This document shows positions 56,200-64,000 of a DNA stretch of 64,000 nucleotides, piece after piece. Every line of letters starts with the position of its first letter. Position 1 is the first letter of the stretch. The stretch comes from the human T2T-CHM13v2.0 reference genome, Homo sapiens, in NCBI RefSeq assembly GCF_009914755.1, contig NC_060932.1; one strand, written 5' to 3'. Both the position numbers and the translations under genes were made by a program. The notes under the pieces were generated by a model that worked only from the letters and a program-made list of their open reading frames with translations, did not search any database and had not been told where the DNA came from.

Positions 56200-59100
56200 G
56201 AAGAGGGAAATCCTAGCAATGTGGTTACCAGAAACACATAGAAACATACCTCCCCTTCCCTAAAATAGTTATTGGATATAATAATAATTGCCTTTTAATA
56301 ATACATGACTTAGCAAGAGGCAAAATAAGGGAATTCCTCAGAGGTGAGAAATAATAGAAATAATGAAAATCTATAGAAGTAAGAAAACCCTGGGGCCTGG
56401 CATTTGTCTGCTAATCCCTGTTTGCCTAGAGCATGGGTTTTAATGAGCAGTGAGTGCATCTAGGACAAGTACAAAACTTGGGGCCACTAGTGTACTTTAT
56501 AAGATATTGATTAACTTTAGACTTATTAAGATGAATATGTAACCTATAATTTCCAAGGTCTCCACTGACAGAATTGAAATAAAGCATGTAGCTTCCAAAC
56601 TATAGAGTTGGAGGGAAAAGGAATGAGAGAAGGGAAAAAAATCAACCCAAAAGAAGGCAAGAAAGAAAGAAAAAAAAGAAACCTAGAAAACATAATAAAC
56701 AGATAGAAGCAAAAAAATTCAACTCTAAACTATTCATAAGAGAAACTCCTAAAAGTATGAGATAGAGAAAGGCTGCCAGTAAAACGATGGGAAAGGACAT
56801 ACCAGGGTAATACTCTGCAAAAAGAACTAGGTGTGCCTATCTTAATTATTAGGAAAAACTGGACTTCCAGAACAAAAAGCAACATTACAGATGAGTTTTC
56901 AATTTACCAGGGATACATAATTTTAAATTTGTATACCCCTAACAGCATAACTTTGAAATATATTTTAAAAAATTACTGGAACTACGGAATATTCAAAATC
57001 ACAAAGGGACATTTTCACACATCTCACAGAGGGACATTTTCACACATCTCTCTCAAAATTGATGGGTCAAATAGACAATAAATCAGTAAGGAGTTAAAAG
57101 GTTTGAAGAACACAATTAAGAAGCTTGATCTAATGGACTTACACAGAGCACTGAAAGCACATTCTCTTCAAATACACATGGAATATTTACAAAAATGCAT
57201 CACATACTAGGCCATAGAGCAAACATCAACAAAATTCAAAGAATCTATATCATACAGCCAACATTCTCTAACAGTTAAATTAGAAATCAATAATGAAAAA
57301 AATAACTCAGAAAACTTCATACTTTTGAAAATTAAAAAAATGCATTCTAACTCATGAGTCAAGGAAAAAGTAAAACTAGAAATTAATAAATATTTAGAAC
57401 TGAATTGTCATGAAACTACTAATGGGAACTGGTGAGATACAGCTAAAGCAGTATTGAGGGAAGATTATAGCCTTACTGCTTATGCTAGAGACAAAGTACG
57501 TCTGCAGAGTAATAAACTGAGTGTTTAACTCCAAAAATTAGAAAAAGAAAAGCAAATAAATCCAAAGAAAGGAGGAGTAAAATAATATAAGCATAATATA
57601 AACTTAGGAGCAGAAATCAATGGAAGAACAACTACTAAATAATAGAAAGTATCCAAAAAATGAAAGTCATCATTTTTTCTTTTTCTTCAAATTATTAATA
57701 AAACTGACAAACTGCAAGCAAGATTTAAAAAAAAAACAGAGAAGACACTGATAATCAACATCAAGAATGAAAAAGAGGGCATCACTATAGATGCTGCAGA
57801 CATCAACTAAAATTAAAAACAGGATATTACTGACAACTTCATGCCAATTATTTTGAGCATTTAGACAAAACTCACAAATTCCTAGACAAATGTAATTTCC
57901 ATAGTTAATTCAAGAATAAGTACAAAACCTGAATAAGCCAATAACCATGAAAGAAATTGAATCATTAGTTAAAATTGTTATCATAAAGAAAACATCAGAC
58001 TTTGATGGCTTTGTTAAAAGTTCTACAAAATAACCAGGAAATAAATAATTCTAATCTTACACAAACTATCCCAGAATGTATAAAAAAAAGAAGGAAAACC
58101 ATGTTATGCATCAGATACATCCTTGATACTAAAACTGGAGAGCCACAAACAGAAAATGTAGGTTTTTCAAAATGAAAATTTACAATAGCAACAAAATATA
58201 TAAGCCATCAAAGAAAGAAAATGAACAAAAGGGATGTAAAACTGTTATAAAACTTTAAAGACATTAAGAAGACAAATAGAAACATATATAAACACACCAT
58301 TTTCATGGATAAGAACACAATATTCTAATAAAAAGATGTTCGGTTCCCCCCAATTTAAAATAGATATTACCACAATTCTGATCAAAATCCAAAAATACTT
58401 TTGGAGTATATTTAAATGATTCTAAAATTTATCTGAAAGAGCAAATGGTTCTGAATAATCAAAACACTCCTGAAGAAGAAGGAAGAGAAAGTGAGGGAAT
58501 TTGCCCTAACAGATATCAAGGATTCTAAAGTAATAGCAATTAAGATAGTGTGGCATTGTTGCAGAGATAGACAAATAGATCACTGAAACAATTAGAAAGC
58601 CCCAAAATAAACATATAAGGAAACTTAATATGGCACAATCCGTACCGCAGATCAGTGGAGAAAGAGGATGTACTACTAATGAATAAATGTTTCTAGGCAA
58701 TGGTAAACTGAAAATAGAATCCTACCTCACACCCAACACAAAAATCATTTCCTATTCTGGATGGGTAGAGAACTTAAAAATGAAAATAAAATATTTTTAA
58801 AATTTAGAATAGAATTTCAGAGAATATCTTTGTAATATTAGGGTAAGGAAGGACTTCTTAAGACATAAACAGTATGGATCTTACAGGAAAATATTCATAA
58901 ATCCAACTACATTGAAAGTAAAAACACTTATTCATCAAAACACACACTAAACAGGGTAAAGAGATGAGCCACAAACTGGGAAATGATATATACAAACTTA
59001 CTAACAGAAGTGTCTAAATTATGCCAAGAACTCTTACAAGTCAATAAGAAAAAGACAAATCCATTGAAAAATGGGCAAAATGCATGAACAAGAACTTCAC

Positions 59101-59915
59101 AAAAGAGAAAACACACATAAATGACAAAAAAATCCACATGTAAAAACATACTTAATCTCACAATTAGTTTCTTTTAAAACTGAAAATGAAATGTTAGCAT
59201 TTCACACTCACCAAATTTACAAAAATTAGTTTGACAATATCAAGTGCTGTAGACTATGTGAAGCAAGAGAATGACTCATATACTAACAGTGTAAGTGTAA
59301 ATTGAAAAGGAAAACATTTTGGAATTGCACGGTAAAATTGAACACACACATACTCTATAGCCCAGCAAACCACTCCTACATTCAAAGCCTTGATAGTGTT
59401 GGTAGCAGCACGTAATAGAAAACTGGAAACCACCTAAATGACCATTGTTGGTAAAATGGATAAATAAATACAAAGAGGTAATATACTGCAATAAAACATG
59501 AAAATACTAGAGCTATACACAACAGCATAGATAAATCTTATATATGTTTGAATGGAAAAAGCAAGCTAAAGAAATATATCTGGAGGATATGGTTCAAAAG
59601 TAGGCAATATTAAACTGTATATCTGTACACGTATAATTGTTATATATAGTCATATACATATATGTGGTAAAGTATGAAGTGGTAAAACTGTAGAAAAGCA
59701 AGGAGTAATTAAGAGGCAAGACAGGCTAGTGGGTACCTCTGGAGGGAGGAAAAGATCTGCAGTGGGCAGGGGTGTCATAAATGGGTTTCCAAGATACTGG
59801 TGATATCATTCTTGCATTAAATTATGGACATATATGTACTTATTATTTTCACCCTTTATAATATACATTTATGTTCTGTACAATCTTATGTGTGTATGGT
59901 ATATTTCACAATAAA
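56200..59915 (+). mobile_element. Decayed ancient L1M (L1ME-like) ORF2 and 3'UTR
   Basis: ttaaatttgtatacccctaac, aagcttgatctaatggac, caacttcatgccaat, tgggcaaaa..atgaacaagaacttcac; 3' end tatttcacaataaaa. Confidence 0.8.
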
Positions 59916-60269
59916 ACAGTCAACCAACCAATCAATCAAGCTAGCTAGAGGCTAAAGAACTGAAACTAGAATCCATAAGATGGGTCTAGTAGGTTTTCAA
60001 GGATAAATAAGAGACAATGAAGTTTCCCTGAGGCTATGATCCATGACTGAAACTAGCAAAAAGCTTCACACTTGAATGAGAAGAAAGCTTTGAAGCAGGG
60101 CAGAGACTCCTGCTGGTGCCCTTGGAGGTTGCTGGGGATGTTATAACTCTAGGAAGTAAATGGATGATTTGAGAAGGAAAACTTGAACAAAGGGGTATTG
60201 GCTTTCTTTTGTAACCAGGAAGGTACATAATTTGCAAACGTGCAGATACAAAGAAGATACTGTCTTTTT

Positions 60270-60696
60270 ATAAATATGAGGCATTTGTCTCAGTTACTTA
60301 TACAAATAAAAGTTTATTTTCCCTTATATCACAGGAAATCCAGAAGAAGGCAGTGCAGAGCTTGTTGAGAGAGTTAGCAATATTTTCCAAATGTAGGCTA
60401 CTTCCACTCTGCCATTTTTAGTTTAGGGGCTTTTTGCCCCATGCAGCTCCAAAGTTCTCATCTGCCTTGAATGCAGCATTAGGGATATTTTCCCAACTCT
60501 TTGTCAACGAAGTTAAAGGCTTTTCTAGAACTCATCCACAGCCGGCTACTCACATCATAGTCATCTGAATGGTGACACATGGACATTTCTTGCAGCAAGA
60601 GAGCCTGGAAAAGTAATTATTTTGCTATTGCAGACTGTATAATAGGAGCAGGCAAAAGTGAAGGGGGAGAGGTGTGTATTCAGCAGTGTCTGTCAA
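60270..60696 (-). mobile_element. Old MaLR LTR (MLT1J-like) just upstream of the CPQ acceptor
   Basis: aggaaatccagaagaaggcagtgcagagc...gacacatggacatttcttgcagcaagagagcctggaaaagt...cagtgtctgtca. Confidence 0.5.
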
Positions 60697-60703
60697 AATA
60701 CTC

Positions 60704-60733
60704 CACTAAGAATTCTTCCTCTTTTATCCCCAG
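60704..60733 (+). promoter_or_regulatory. CPQ: Branch point (cactaag), polypyrimidine tract and 3' splice site of the CPQ terminal exon
   Basis: cactaagaattcttcctcttttatccccag|ga. Confidence 0.8.
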
Positions 60734-60897
60734 GAGCCAGTCTACTTGATGACTTATACAAGTATTTCTTCTTCCATCACTCCCACGGAGACACCATGAC
60801 TGTCATGGATCCAAAGCAGATGAATGTTGCTGCTGCTGTTTGGGCTGTTGTTTCTTATGTTGTTGCAGACATGGAAGAAATGCTGCCTAGGTCCTAG
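60734..60897 (+). CDS. CPQ: Carboxypeptidase Q (plasma glutamate carboxypeptidase) last coding exon, phase 1, C-terminal 54 aa
   Basis: (G)ASLLDDLYKYFFFHHSHGDTMTVMDPKQMNVAAAVWAVVSYVVADMEEMLPRS* is the recognisable CPQ C-terminus with the M28 HxxxDT metal-ligand motif; canonical acceptor; TAG at 60895-60897. Confidence 0.97.
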
Positions 60898-61215
60898 AAA
60901 CAGTAAGAAAGAAACGTTTTCATGCTTCTGGCCAGGAATCCTGGGTCTGCAACTTTGGAAAACTCCTCTTCACATAACAATTTCATCCAATTCATCTTCA
61001 AAGCACAACTCTATTTCATGCTTTCTGTTATTATCTTTCTTGATACTTTCCAAATTCTCTGATTCTAGAAAAAGGAATCATTCTCCCCTCCCTCCCACCA
61101 CATAGAATCAACATATGGTAGGGATTACAGTGGGGGCATTTCTTTATATCACCTCTTAAAAACATTGTTTCCACTTTAAAAGTAAACACTTAATAAATTT
61201 TTGGAAGATCTCTGA
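60898..61215 (+). other. CPQ: CPQ 3'UTR (end approximate)
   Basis: Follows the stop codon; ends ~18 nt after AATAAA, before a T/GT-rich downstream element. Confidence 0.75.
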
Positions 61216-61232
61216 TTTTTATGTGTTCATTT
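61192..61232 (+). terminator. CPQ: Polyadenylation signal AATAAA with downstream T/GT-rich element
   Basis: taataaattt...tctgatttttatgtgttcattt. Confidence 0.8.
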
Positions 61233-61689
61233 ATGAACATTAAATACGAAAATATTATGGTTTATATTATTTATTGAAGGAGTAGAGGAATTACTCAACT
61301 TTAGTATGCTCTTAATTGAATATATGGAGGCATTTGACTTTCTAATTTGTATATTTTTATATTATGTGAATTTTAAAAATGAGCTTTGGAATTTTTTAAT
61401 TTATAGAAAAAAAGGATATCATTTGGGGAAAAAATCAAGAATGTATAATTCAATTGCCTTATTAAAGGTAAATACTAGGGTCTGTCACTAGATAAATAAT
61501 AATGCTATTTTGCATTTATGTTTTGTTATTTTACACAACATTTCCATGAAGTTGGGGCTTATTCACAATTTGCTGATGACATGGTTGGAGCTCAGAGAGG
61601 CTCAATAATATTTACAGAGTCGTCTAGAGCAAAAACATTAATCCCCATCCTCTCTGGAGCCAATTTCTACTATTCTGCCTCACACAACA

Positions 61690-62170
61690 TCCAATATTCA
61701 ATAAAAAATTACAAGACACACCGAAAAAAGAAGAAGAAATAAACTTATTGTCAAGAGATAAAGCAATTAAGAGAACAAGACTAAGAGATGACCCAGAAGT
61801 TTGAACGATCAGAGGAGTTTAACCTAACTATGATGATTATGTTAAAGGTCTAGTAAGAAAAATGGACTACACACATGAACAGAAGGGGAATTTCAGCAGA
61901 GCTGGAAACCATAAAATGGAGTCAAATACAAATGTTAAAAAATGCAATGTCAGAGATATAAAATTTTTTTGTCAGACTCATCAGCCAATTGGACAAGGCT
62001 GCAGAGAGCATTAGTGGACTTGTATGTAGGCCAATGGAAATTATCCAAAAAGAGAAGAAAGAGTAAAAAAAAAAAAAATGCCAGAGTGAATCATCCAAGA
62101 ATTGTGATACAATATCAAGTTGTCTAATATGTGTGTAACTGGATTTTCAGAAGGAGAGGACAAAGCATCA
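61690..62170 (+). mobile_element. L1M 5'/ORF1 fragment
   Basis: caataaaaaattacaagacacac...gggaatttcagcagagctggaaaccat...gtgtaactggattttcagaagga. Confidence 0.65.
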
Positions 62171-62399
62171 ATTGTATTAATGATAAAAAAATGATTGAAA
62201 GAGTGGGATCTTTCATTTCTGACGAAGTAGCACACCAGTACTCTGACCCTTACACTGAAGATGACTAAAAATGCTAGATAATATTTGAGAAACATCTTAT
62301 TAAATATATGAATGAACTGATTAACAAGAATATTAGACAAAAGACTAAGTATCGAAAGACTATATACCAAGAGATACATAGAATATTTTTTGCTTTTAA

Positions 62400-62734
<335 letters not shown>

Positions 62735-62749
62735 TTAAAAACATACATA

Positions 62750-63850
<1,101 letters not shown>

Positions 63851-64000
63851 ATACATAAAACATTGAACAAGCTTTCTCTTTGAGAAAGTTTAAGGAATGT
63901 GGTAAACTTAAATTCCATTCAGAGATCAGGAGATTGTAGACAAATTCCAGATTCTGCCACATTAAGGATACTATAGAACTCCAACAAAAATGAGACCCCA

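Noticed and set aside
57001-57050. 25-bp tandem duplication (also small ones at ~21773-21808 and 39048-39084)
   Set aside because: Ordinary slippage events inside decayed repeats.
60658-60733. N-terminal 25 aa of the 79-aa ORF
   Set aside because: Intronic read-through upstream of the acceptor; only 60734 onward is CPQ.

Overview
This is primate (most likely human) genomic DNA, AT-rich and dense in Alu, L1, L2, MIR, LTR and DNA-transposon relics. The only confident gene feature is the last coding exon of CPQ (carboxypeptidase Q/PGCP, M28 metallopeptidase; 8q22 in human) at 60734-60897 (+), followed by a ~320-nt 3'UTR and an AATAAA at 61192. Bases 1-60733 are the distal part of the very long last intron; the penultimate exon is not in the window. 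All other ORFs in the track are repeat-derived or chance. There are no prokaryote-type systems (CRISPR, operons, rRNA/tRNA). The most notable observations are: (1) a sense L1 fragment whose cryptic acceptor is in frame with CPQ and opens a 130-aa L1 ORF2 C-terminus with an intact CCHC knuckle and its own polyA signal; (2) a ~380-bp (TAAAA)n Alu tail; (3) an 18-nt templated insertion inside an Alu; (4) a 22-nt hairpin retro-insertion with target-site duplications (TSDs); (5) a 119-bp duplication with a stuttered junction; (6) twin TGGTCACGTGG E-boxes; (7) a possible spliced antisense transcript. Repeat boundaries and subfamily calls were made by eye and are approximate.
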